DNA from: Methanothermobacter thermautotrophicus str. Delta H
GTDB lineage: Archaea > Methanobacteriota > Methanobacteria > Methanobacteriales > Methanothermobacteraceae
Direction: 5' to 3'
Assembly (NCBI RefSeq): GCF_000008645.1
Contig: NC_000916.1
Span: 1,500,001-1,532,000 of the forward strand
Length of the DNA stretch: 32,000 nucleotides
This document shows positions 10,882 to 18,994 of the stretch, one piece after another. Under the pieces are notes generated by a model. It was not told where the DNA came from. It did no database searches and saw nothing but the letters and a program-made list of their open reading frames with translations. The translations under genes and the position numbers were made by a program. Within the stretch, counting starts at the first letter, position 1; each line of letters opens with the position of its first letter.

Positions 10882-12567
10882 TCAGCTAAGTCGCCTTGAC
10901 TTTATTATGGATACTATGAGTGCGAGGGCTATCAGAAAACTCACAGCAAAACCGAATATCCCGAGGAAGGGGAACTTCTCGAGTATGAGGGCCTCCCGGG
11001 GGATCGTGACCAGCGATGAACCTATTATGAGTGCCGATACGAGCATGGCAACCGATATCCTGTTGGTCGACCGTTCAATCCGCACCGATATCTCGTCAAG
11101 GTTCCGGTGTTCCAGTTCCATCTTCAATTTACCCTCCTCCAGCTTCTGGAGGGCGCTTATCAGGCCACGGGGGAGATCATTCATTATGTGCTCCAGTTCA
11201 ATGATGGCCGCGGGCACCTCATCAAGGTTCCTCAGGGGGTTGAGCCGGTTTCTTATCAGTTTATGGGTCATCTCCCATGCAACCGCAAGGCCATTGAACC
11301 TTGGATCAAGCCTCTCACCCAGGTCCTCTGCCATGCTCATGACCCTTGCAAGCAGCACGAAGTCACGGGGTATCCTTATCCTGTGCCTCCTTATCATACC
11401 AGGCATTGTGAACTCTGTGAGTATCTCCCCAACCTTCCTGACATCGGCACCGTAATAGCGGTCAAGGAGGTCTATTATGTCATACTTGACCTCCTCAAGG
11501 TCTGTCTCCTCTGTCAGGATGTTCATGTACCTCAGCTGGTTAACTATACCGTTAACATCATAGTTCATAAGGAGTATGAAAAGCTCTGCCAGTCTGTCCC
11601 TGAATGAACGATCAAGATGTCCCATCATCCCAAAATCGAGGAAACAGAGGACATTTCCCTTCTGGACGAGAATATTGCCGGGGTGGGGGTCCGCATGGAA
11701 GAACCCATGTATGAATATCTGTTTAAAGTAACACCTGGCACCCCTCTCGGCTATCACCCGTGCATTGAATTTTATATCTGACTTTAAAATGTCTGTGAGC
11801 TTAACACCGTCCACATACTCCATGGTGAGTACCCTGCCTGTTGAGTACTCCCTGTAAACGTAGGGCGCGTAAACGGTCTCATCATCCATGAACATTGCAC
11901 GGAATCTCTCCACATTGTTGGCTTCCTGGTGGTAGTCCAGTTCCTTTCTGATGGCCCTCTCGAATTCAGCCACTATCCCTGGCAGGTTGTAGTACCTCAA
12001 ACCGGGGACCCTGTCATTGGCAAGCTTTGCAAGGTACTTCATCAGGATTATGTCGCTCTTCACGGTGTCGGCTATGCCCGGGCGCTGGACCTTCACAGCA
12101 ACAGCATCACCATTCCTTAGACGGGCCCTGTGGACCTGTCCTATTGATGCCGATGCCACTGGTTCCTCCTGAAATTCAGCGAAAACTTCCTCCATGGGAA
12201 CTCCGAGTTCAGATTCCAGGACCCTCTTCACATCCTCAAAGGGGAACGGTGGAGCCTCGTCCTGAAGCTTGGCCAGCTCCTCAGCCACCTCCCTACCCAC
12301 AAGGTCTGCCCTTGTGCTCAGGACCTGCCCCAGTTTTATGAAGGTTGTTCCAAGTTCCTCAAGAACCAGCCTGAGACGTACATGGGCGGGTTCATGTACC
12401 TCCTCAGGGCTCTTTATATATAATTTAAGGGTCTCGAAGAGTCTGTTTTTAAGGCCAACCGCCTCAAGGATGTTCCCGAAGTGGTACTTGGTCATGACCC
12501 TTATGATCTCCCTGAGGCGACCCATGTCCGGCCTGTTATTATAGGGGCCTATGTTCATATTAATCAC
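10882..12567 (-). CDS. UbiB/AarF/ABC1-family protein kinase-like membrane protein
   Basis: 561 aa ORF: KLGQVLSTRADLVG, EEPVASASIGQVHRARLRNGDAVAVKVQRPGI, IHGFFHADPHPGNILVQKGNVLCFLDFGMMG, plus C-terminal TM helices. Confidence 0.95.
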   Translation of the reverse strand: MINMNIGPYNNRPDMGRLREIIRVMTKYHFGNILEAVGLKNRLFETLKLYIKSPEEVHEPAHVRLRLVLEELGTTFIKLGQVLSTRADLVGREVAEELAKLQDEAPPFPFEDVKRVLESELGVPMEEVFAEFQEEPVASASIGQVHRARLRNGDAVAVKVQRPGIADTVKSDIILMKYLAKLANDRVPGLRYYNLPGIVAEFERAIRKELDYHQEANNVERFRAMFMDDETVYAPYVYREYSTGRVLTMEYVDGVKLTDILKSDIKFNARVIAERGARCYFKQIFIHGFFHADPHPGNILVQKGNVLCFLDFGMMGHLDRSFRDRLAELFILLMNYDVNGIVNQLRYMNILTEETDLEEVKYDIIDLLDRYYGADVRKVGEILTEFTMPGMIRRHRIRIPRDFVLLARVMSMAEDLGERLDPRFNGLAVAWEMTHKLIRNRLNPLRNLDEVPAAIIELEHIMNDLPRGLISALQKLEEGKLKMELEHRNLDEISVRIERSTNRISVAMLVSALIIGSSLVTIPREALILEKFPFLGIFGFAVSFLIALALIVSIIKSRRLS

Positions 12568-12654
12568 TTATTTAATGTATAATATTTAAATCTACTTTAA
12601 GACGATCGTTTTTGCACTGAGATTTTTTCACAGATCATGTTTATAGAGCTGGTG

Positions 12655-13706
12655 ATGATAATGAAGGCACTTTTCACGGTAACAGGTCGCGGAATGGGAG
12701 GAGACGCCATAACGGCCCTTAATATAGCCGGTGCACTTGAAAGGAGAGGATTTGAATGTGAATTCGCACTTGACCACAGCGCACCGGGGATACTCTTCAG
12801 GAAGAGGGGCATTGAATGGCACCGCGTGAGGATACCCCAGGCAGGTGGCCATGCAGCAAGCAAAGCTAAACTCCTCTCTGCAGCACTCAGAACCACCCGG
12901 GCGATCTATGAGACCTGGAGGCTCATAAGATGCATCCGGCCAGACGTGGTTGTAGGTGTAATAGGGGGAGGAGCCGTTGTGGGGTGCCTGGCAGCAAAGA
13001 TTGCAGGCGTCCCTGCAGTGGGGGTCCTGAATACACCCACCGATTCAAAGGTCTGCACCCGGCTTAACAGGAACGTGGCCCTGCCCGAGTCAGACCTCTT
13101 CGGCAGGGACATTGAGGGTGTTGAAAGCATATACTATCCAATGAGCCCCGATATAACTCTTGGCGACCCTGAAATTGCCTGCAGGAGGATGCCCCCCCAG
13201 TTTGACCCTGACAGACCGACCATAGTCATTTCATCGGGATCATCCCTCTTTAAGGCGATGGCTGAGGCCGCATCGAGGCTGGCGAATTCAGGCATGGAGG
13301 CGAACATTACGGTGCTGGACCACCCCTCAGGGATGAGTATCTCAAGATAATCGACCATGAGGGGATAATAAACCTGGGCTACATTGACTGGGTGAAGGAC
13401 CTCTACAGCATCGCTGACCTGGCTGTACTCTCGGATGATGGTGTGATGGTCCATGAGGCCATCGCACTGGGGGTCCCTGTTGTGGCACTGAGGGGTGTCA
13501 AGTATGGAAGGTACCACAATATGGGGGCTGTATTCAGGGGCGCGGTCCTTGAGGCTGACCCTGAGGATATCGTGGAGGCTGTTTCAGCAGCACTTGAGAG
13601 GTCAGATGAGCTCCGGAGGGCTGCCAGAAAGTACAGTGGGGACGTGATGGTGGCTGCAGATAGGATTGCGGAGATCATAGAGGAGGAGGCATGCCGCAGA
13701 CAGTAA
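12655..13706 (+). CDS. MurG-like glycosyltransferase split into two frames (12637..13350 and 13332..13706); frameshifted gene or sequence error
   Basis: First part MKALFTVTGRGMGGDAITALNIAGALERRGFECEFA...GGGAVVGCLAAKIAGVPAVGVLNTP...PTIVISSGSS. Second frame from 13332: DEYLKIIDHEGIINLGYIDWVKDLYSIADLAVLSDDGVMVHEAIALGVPVVALRG, typical of the GT-B C-terminal donor-binding part. Confidence 0.75.
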
Positions 13707-13729
13707 CCTTCAGGGTGCCACTGACTGCT

Positions 13730-15025
13730 TCAGTACCTTGAAAGGAACCTCATGAGCTTGTATATGGAATCCGTGGAGGGGTGGGTCTCAACGAAGCCCT
13801 CAAACTCATACATGGACACACCGAGCCTCATCAGGAGGGAGAGGTAGGGCATGATGAGCCTTGCACCGGGCGCAACCGAGTATATACCTGAGGGGGTGCC
13901 ATCATCAAGGATTCTGACCTTGCTGATCCCTGTTTTACCATTATTAACTCCCCAGAATGACCCCGGTCCTGCAAGGCCGGGTATCACGGCTTCCCTCCCA
14001 CCCTCACCGGGAATATCCACGAATCCGACATCGTATCTGAGGGAGATTGAGTAGGGGAGGTAACGGTAATCAACCCTCCTCTCAATACCGGCGGCGTTGA
14101 GCCCCGCCACCACCCCCTCCATCCTTGCAACGGGTGTTGTTCCATGGCCCCCTGTAACATCACCGGCGGCATATACATTCTGACGTGAGGTCTCCATACG
14201 GTCATTCACCTTAACTCCTCCGCGGGGTCCCAGTTCAAGGAACCCCTTCAGGAAATCCGAATTTGGTCTGAGACCCGTTGCAAGCATTGGGAGGCCCTCT
14301 ATGTAGCCTCCAGACGTCTGAACACCTGATCCATCTATTTCTGTGGTTGATGTATCCTCCAGTATTCTGACATCGCTGAGGACCTTTTCTGAAACATAGT
14401 CCCTTATCAGGGGGTCCAGTTTACTGAGAAAACCGCTTCTTGATACTACCGTGACCTCTGATCCGAAGGAAGAGAATATGCCTGCAAATTCAGCTGCTAT
14501 AACTCCTCCACCTATTATAACGAGCTTGTCAGGGATTCCGTCGAGGTCGAGGATGTCCCGGTATGTTATGGCTTTGCTGGCGCCTTCAATGGGGGGTATG
14601 AGGGGAGATGCTCCGGTTGCGATTATGAGTCTGTCATAGTCCATCTCCTCCCCCTCAACGAGGAGCCTATCATCCTCAAACTCCGCCACACCGTACACTA
14701 TTTCAATACCGGCATCCAGGGTCTCCCTCTCGGTGACATGCCTTATACGTTCAAGGGTCCTCTTCACACCCCCGGCTATGCGGCGGTAGTCTGCTGAGCA
14801 TTCAACATCCAGCACCCCAAGATCACTGAGCTGCCGGGCATCATCAAGGAACCTTGCAACGTCATTGAGGCCACATACAACCATACAGCCCTCGTTCAGG
14901 CATGTCCCACCAATCAGTTTCTTTTCAACAAGTATTACGTCCATGTCGAGGGCTGCGAGCTCCATTGCAGCGGCCCTTCCAGCTGGCCCTCCCCCTATCA
15001 CAACACATCGCATATCAGACACCAT
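13730..15025 (-). CDS. FAD-dependent pyridine nucleotide-disulfide oxidoreductase (dihydrolipoamide dehydrogenase/mercuric reductase-like)
   Basis: MRCVVIGGGPAGRAAAMELAALDMDVILVEKKLIGGTCLNEGCMVVC; second GGGVIAAEFAGIFSSFGSEVTVV; NVYAAGDVTGG. Confidence 0.9.
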   Translation of the reverse strand: MVSDMRCVVIGGGPAGRAAAMELAALDMDVILVEKKLIGGTCLNEGCMVVCGLNDVARFLDDARQLSDLGVLDVECSADYRRIAGGVKRTLERIRHVTERETLDAGIEIVYGVAEFEDDRLLVEGEEMDYDRLIIATGASPLIPPIEGASKAITYRDILDLDGIPDKLVIIGGGVIAAEFAGIFSSFGSEVTVVSRSGFLSKLDPLIRDYVSEKVLSDVRILEDTSTTEIDGSGVQTSGGYIEGLPMLATGLRPNSDFLKGFLELGPRGGVKVNDRMETSRQNVYAAGDVTGGHGTTPVARMEGVVAGLNAAGIERRVDYRYLPYSISLRYDVGFVDIPGEGGREAVIPGLAGPGSFWGVNNGKTGISKVRILDDGTPSGIYSVAPGARLIMPYLSLLMRLGVSMYEFEGFVETHPSTDSIYKLMRFLSRY

Positions 15026-15135
15026 GGTATTAATTCAATGGCATTGTTTCCCACAAATCTTTATATGTGACGGATCTTTATCTAAACATTAGTGTATTCT
15101 GACTTTAATCCTATTAATTTGGAGAGGGTTATTGA

Positions 15136-15384
15136 ATGTGTATTGCAGCACCTGCTCAGATTATTGAAATTGATAGTGAGGATAACATTGCCACCGTTGA
15201 CTTCGGTGGTGTGAGGCAACAGGTCAAACTTGACCTTGTGGATGATGTTGAGGAGGGCAAGTATGTTCTTGTTCACTCAGGCTACGCCATTGAGGTGATG
15301 TCTGATGAGGCGGCAAGGGAGTCCCTTGAAGCCTGGGATGAACTTCTGAAGGCCCTCGAAGAGGAGGACAGCCTGGAGCTGTGA
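15136..15384 (+). CDS. hypC: Hydrogenase maturation protein HypC/HupF family
   Basis: 82 aa ORF: MCIAAPAQIIEIDSEDNIATVDFGGVRQQVKLDLVDDVEEGKYVLVHSGYAIEVMS. Confidence 0.93.
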   Translation: MCIAAPAQIIEIDSEDNIATVDFGGVRQQVKLDLVDDVEEGKYVLVHSGYAIEVMSDEAARESLEAWDELLKALEEEDSLEL

Positions 15385-15421
15385 TGCTAACAGTTCCATT
15401 CATTTATTTTTCTTTGATTGG

Positions 15422-15438
15422 TTTCGGAAAAGCCGAAA
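15422..15438 (+). terminator. Small hairpin followed downstream by T-rich tracts; possible 3' end region of hypC
   Basis: TTTCGG-AAAAG-CCGAAA stem-loop, with GGTTTTTTCATTTTTC about 25 nt downstream. Confidence 0.3.
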
Positions 15439-15714
15439 ATAAAGAATTTAAGAAAAATAGGGTTTTTTCATTTTTCACGTGGTATACCATGATTTCTGCG
15501 GATTCCTATCTGTGATTTCTGATGTGGGTATGTCTATCATGAGTATTATAGGGGGATAATATCCCCAGTATCCATTGTATGTCCTCATGATGCTATCCTC
15601 TATAGCTTAAAGGCCTGGGATCCCACTGGCTCCACTCACTCTTATGAAGACTATGTTGTTTGGGATAGTCCACCTCTCATCATTTATACGGTTTTAAGCT
15701 TTGATTTTCATGTT

Positions 15715-16134
15715 TCACGCAGGCGCTTGCCTTATTATCATAGTGCTATACAGAAGACACATTAGAGCAACCACCATGAAACCAATCATTGTAGTTGTAA
15801 ATATACTTTCTTCAAGAGGAACCTTTGAGGTTAAAGAAATTAACAAACCCAAAAAATTGAACCCCACTGTAACTAAAACACTAATTAAAAGTTTTTCGGG
15901 CGATTTTCTAATATTAATATGAACGTAAGTTCCTTTTCCTTTCATCCAACCCAAAATAGCCTCTATTAAACCTAGTGTCATACCTACAACAAATATATCT
16001 AGTAATATTATCCACGAACTTATGGCACTTTTTGGCGGCATCAGTCCAGTACCTTCCATATACCCTGTAAGAGAGATAATGGTAGTTATTATGAATGCTA
16101 TCAGTAAGCTGATTATAATTGGTTTATTTTCCAT
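15715..16134 (-). CDS. Small multi-spanning membrane protein, unknown function
   Basis: 139 aa ORF with four hydrophobic stretches (IIISLLIAFIITTIISLTG; SSWIILLDIFVVGMTLGLIEAILG; LLISVLVTVGFNFLGLLISL; IGFMVVALMCLLYS). Confidence 0.65.
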   Translation of the reverse strand: MENKPIIISLLIAFIITTIISLTGYMEGTGLMPPKSAISSWIILLDIFVVGMTLGLIEAILGWMKGKGTYVHINIRKSPEKLLISVLVTVGFNFLGLLISLTSKVPLEESIFTTTMIGFMVVALMCLLYSTMIIRQAPA

Positions 16135-16204
16135 TTAGTACCCTCCCGTTATTTAATTTTAAAAAAATAAAATGCAATAGACGTCTTTTTACATGTGTAT
16201 TTGT

Positions 16205-16723
16205 CTAGGCATCGTATTCTATATAATGGATCCTGTGGTCTTTCCCGATATAAGCTCTCACTTTTTTGAACGGAGGATGATAAGCAATGTAACACCAGTA
16301 CTTTTTTGGCACGTATTTATTCCTAACTGAAATGATTATTGTACCTATTGTAACAGGCGCTAGGAATTGCCAGCACTTACCTTTAATGTTCTTCATTTCC
16401 TCATCAGTCAGAGTTCTGTTGTCTGCCTGCACATCAGAGGCGGTATCTGTCAGGTTATTTATGGAGTCTGATGAGTTTGTATTCTTGTTGCTTTGATCTG
16501 TAGTTTCGTTGACCTGTGGATTATTGGGATCCTTTATAACCAGTGTATATCCGCTATAAATCTCAGCGAACTCTTCTATATTCATTTCGATGTTCCCGAG
16601 GCTTGGATCTGCGAGTTTGACCGTGTCATTGGTGATTTCATTTATTACGGTGTAGTGTCCCGTGCCGTCTTGATGGTATCTTCTGGTGTCATTGATGTTG
16701 TGGTGGGGTCTGCGGAAACTCAA
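16205..16723 (-). pseudogene. 5'-truncated copy of the neighbouring C39-like peptidase gene with a different 3' tail; lacks the catalytic Cys region
   Basis: Shares GTGHYTVINEITND(T)(V/I)KLADPSLGNIEMNIEEFAEIYSGYTLVIKDPNNPQVNETTDQSNKNTNSS... with 17132..18097, but has an unrelated first ~20 aa and no signal peptide or TCGPAA motif. Confidence 0.65.
16377..16679 (-). repeat. Direct repeat copy A, about 300 bp, nearly identical to 17376..17678
   Basis: Side-by-side reading: identical over long stretches, with a few substitutions and one single-base indel near the right end (gccgtcttgatgg versus gccgtcattgatgg). Confidence 0.93.
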
Positions 16724-17085
16724 AGGGATTTTGATCTAGCTTTCGATATAACCTTGTCTATCATGGATCCTAATGTCATCAGTATTAGGACCATGAAAAA
16801 GTATCCAATTAAGGCTATTAAAAAGAGTCCCCCATGAGCAGATAGTAGTGTCCAGGTTGATGAAATATTGTGGTGAATCATCGATCCAAGTAATCCTCCC
16901 AGTAATCCTATGAATAAAGATACTATGGCTGTTATAATCATGTTAACCTCTTTTTCTTCCATCTTACTGAAATGCGCGATAAATAATCCTGCCAGGATAA
17001 CAAAGGACAATGCTAGAGGGAATGCCACTATCAAGGAGATGAGAAGCATTGACAAACCAATTAGCAGGACATATGCCCGTTTCAT
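16720..17085 (-). CDS. Small multi-spanning membrane protein, unknown function
   Basis: 121 aa ORF with hydrophobic segments VLLIGLSMLLISLIVAFPLALSFVILAGLFIAHF, MIITAIVSLFIGLLGGLLGSMI and GGLFLIALIGYFFMVLILMTLG. Confidence 0.6.
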   Translation of the reverse strand: MKRAYVLLIGLSMLLISLIVAFPLALSFVILAGLFIAHFSKMEEKEVNMIITAIVSLFIGLLGGLLGSMIHHNISSTWTLLSAHGGLFLIALIGYFFMVLILMTLGSMIDKVISKARSKSL

Positions 17086-17131
17086 TTTTCACATACCTCC
17101 GAATGATACTCATATTCCACACTTAATTTCT

Positions 17132-18097
17132 TCATGCCGCATACCTATATCCCACGCGCCGATACCAATCCATATAGCGATCACCATAAGTCTTACAGCG
17201 AGCATAATAATAGTCAAAGCCATCAACATCCAGCGTACAAGCACAGCGCACCATTTGGGCTGTATAAGAGACTATATGGAATCCATAATAGGCACGGACA
17301 CGCACAGGATACCAACCATGCCAATGATAAGAATACCGCCACTTCCATGGATGCCAATGTTTATGTCTCCATTTTTTACCTTTAATGTTCTTCATTTCCT
17401 CATCAGTCAGAGTTCTGTTGTCTGCCTGCACATCAGAGGCGGTATCTGTCAGGTTATTTATGGGTTCTGATGAGTTTGTATTCTTGTTGCTTTGATCTGT
17501 AGTTTCGTTGACCTGTGGATTATTGGGATCCTTTATAACCAGTGTATATCCGCTATAAATCTCAGCGAACTCTTCTATATTCATTTCGATGTTCCCGAGG
17601 CTTGGATCTGCGAGTTTGATGGTGTCATTGGTGATTTCGTTTATTACGGTGTAGTGTCCGGTGCCGTCATTGATGGTATAGGCGATCATGTTTTCTTTGA
17701 GTTCAGATATGTTTAGTTTCATGCCGGTTGCGTTCATTCCCTTGGCCCTGCTGGCTTCCAGGAGGCCCTGCATGGTGGTCCCTTCTTCGGTTGTTCCGGC
17801 AAGGCCTGCGAGTTCATCCTCTGTGGTGTTCACTCCGAGTCTCTGGAGGACGGTGGCGAGTGCTGCGGGTCCGCAGGTGTAGTTCCTTGTCTGGAGGACC
17901 ACACCCTCAGAATCCACTGTAACATTATGGGGCAGCGCACCCGTTACATCATCCCCCTGTGCTTCAAGGACTGTACAGTTGTCTGCGCAGGCCGTGTCGT
18001 CCAGTGTGGAGTTGTCTGCAGCGGCTGAAGAGTTAACAGACACCGCGAGGAGGAGCACGACCAGCAACATGACATAAAAACCTCTCACTTTGGACAC
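17132..18097 (-). CDS. Secreted C39-like cysteine peptidase (Peptidase_C39_2-like) with Asn/Thr-rich linker and basic aromatic His/Trp/Tyr-rich C-terminus
   Basis: Signal peptide MSKVRGFYVMLLVVLLLAVSVNSSAAA; C39-like NYTCGPAALATVLQRLGV, GTGHYTVINEI and LADPSLGNIEM motifs; tail GKKWRHKHWHPWKWRYSYHWHGWYPVRVRAYYG. Confidence 0.78.
   Translation of the reverse strand: MSKVRGFYVMLLVVLLLAVSVNSSAAADNSTLDDTACADNCTVLEAQGDDVTGALPHNVTVDSEGVVLQTRNYTCGPAALATVLQRLGVNTTEDELAGLAGTTEEGTTMQGLLEASRAKGMNATGMKLNISELKENMIAYTINDGTGHYTVINEITNDTIKLADPSLGNIEMNIEEFAEIYSGYTLVIKDPNNPQVNETTDQSNKNTNSSEPINNLTDTASDVQADNRTLTDEEMKNIKGKKWRHKHWHPWKWRYSYHWHGWYPVRVRAYYGFHIVSYTAQMVRCACTLDVDGFDYYYARCKTYGDRYMDWYRRVGYRYAA
17376..17678 (-). 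repeat. Direct repeat copy B, partner of 16377..16679
   Basis: Same sequence as copy A at an offset of 999 bp. Confidence 0.93.
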
Positions 18098-18129
18098 CCC
18101 TATTAACTGATAATAATTCTATACAAAAA

Positions 18130-18148
18130 ACTCATATATATATTACGG
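18130..18148 (-). promoter_or_regulatory. Probable TATA element for the C39-like peptidase gene
   Basis: Plus-strand CTCATATATATATTACGG, about 40 bp upstream of the start codon at 18097. Confidence 0.35.
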
Positions 18149-18388
18149 ATCAGCAATGACTTATTACGTTGGTTGAAGGCAGTAGGGTGCTGGGATTAAA
18201 AAATCACGCATACTTTAAAAATGGATAAAATGTCTGAGAGTGTCACGCTTCAAGGCATTGAGCTGATCAGGGATCATGTTAATCCATGAAATACTTCAGA
18301 TAATGATATTCCGCCATTTAACTAGATTTATCATGGATTTTAAGGCTATTGCATGGTGCGCCCTGTTTTTTCTCCACAATCAATGATC

Positions 18389-18916
18389 TCAGTATATTGA
18401 GACCCTCTTGACGCCATCTATTTTAAGGAAATCCTTGAGCAAGCCTCCCGGGATGGGGGTTTCGGTTATTATTGTGAGCCTGGGTGTTTCATCGAGTTCA
18501 GGGTCCCCTGCATGGGCCTGCCTTATACTTATACCCTTATCTGCGATCAGTCTCGCTGCCGCCGCAAGTATCCCGGGGTTCCGGGCGTCGGCCTCTATTT
18601 CCACCACACCGAAGTCAAGTTCACCTGCAGCGTCCCGCAGAAGGGCTCCTGCCGGCATCATGTTCTCAAAGATGCCCCTCAGTTTCTCGTCCTCCAGTAT
18701 GGTATTTGCCGTCGCCCTCACGGTCCTCCGGTCAACCCCCACAGCCCTTGCAAGGGCAACATCGCTTATCTCAACGTCGTCACAGTATATTTTGCCGTTT
18801 CTGTCTATTCTGAACCCGAGGTCTATGATCTTCCTGGCCACATACATGCGGGAGGGGTATCCCTCAAATCTGTGCTTTATCTGCTTCCACATACACTTCA
18901 CCACATTGATGTACAT
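18389..18916 (-). CDS. trpY: TrpY-type transcriptional regulator (HTH plus ACT-like domain), divergent from trpE; start may be Met at 18916 or 18892
   Basis: 175 aa ORF: SDVALARAVGVDRRTVRATANTIL (HTH) and GVVEIEADARNPGILAAAARLIADKGISIRQA (ACT-like); located divergently next to trpEGCFBAD, as known for Methanothermobacter TrpY. Confidence 0.88.
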   Translation of the reverse strand: MYINVVKCMWKQIKHRFEGYPSRMYVARKIIDLGFRIDRNGKIYCDDVEISDVALARAVGVDRRTVRATANTILEDEKLRGIFENMMPAGALLRDAAGELDFGVVEIEADARNPGILAAAARLIADKGISIRQAHAGDPELDETPRLTIITETPIPGGLLKDFLKIDGVKRVSIY

Positions 18917-18992
18917 TATTATACAGACAAGATTTAAATAGTACCTCCGTGTATATGTACTTTGTGGATACAGAGGTGATATGCATGTACAG
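18909..18992. promoter_or_regulatory. Divergent trpY/trpE control region with TRP-box-like TGTACA elements and a TTTAAATA TATA-like element
   Basis: TGTACA at 18910-18915 and 18986-18991, TGTACT at 18956-18961, TTTAAATA at about 18933-18940. TGTACA is the known TrpY recognition sequence. Confidence 0.8.
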
Positions 18993-18994
18993 GA

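Noticed and set aside
15082-15276. 64 aa minus-strand ORF over hypC
   Set aside because: Antisense to the well-supported hypC gene.
16493-17716. Two similar plus-strand ORFs (16493..16837, 17492..17716) sharing MICSFVDLWIIGILYNQCISAINLSELFYIHFDVPEAWICEF
   Set aside because: They are the antisense of the ~300 bp duplicated C39 segment; the similarity comes from the DNA repeat, not a new protein family.
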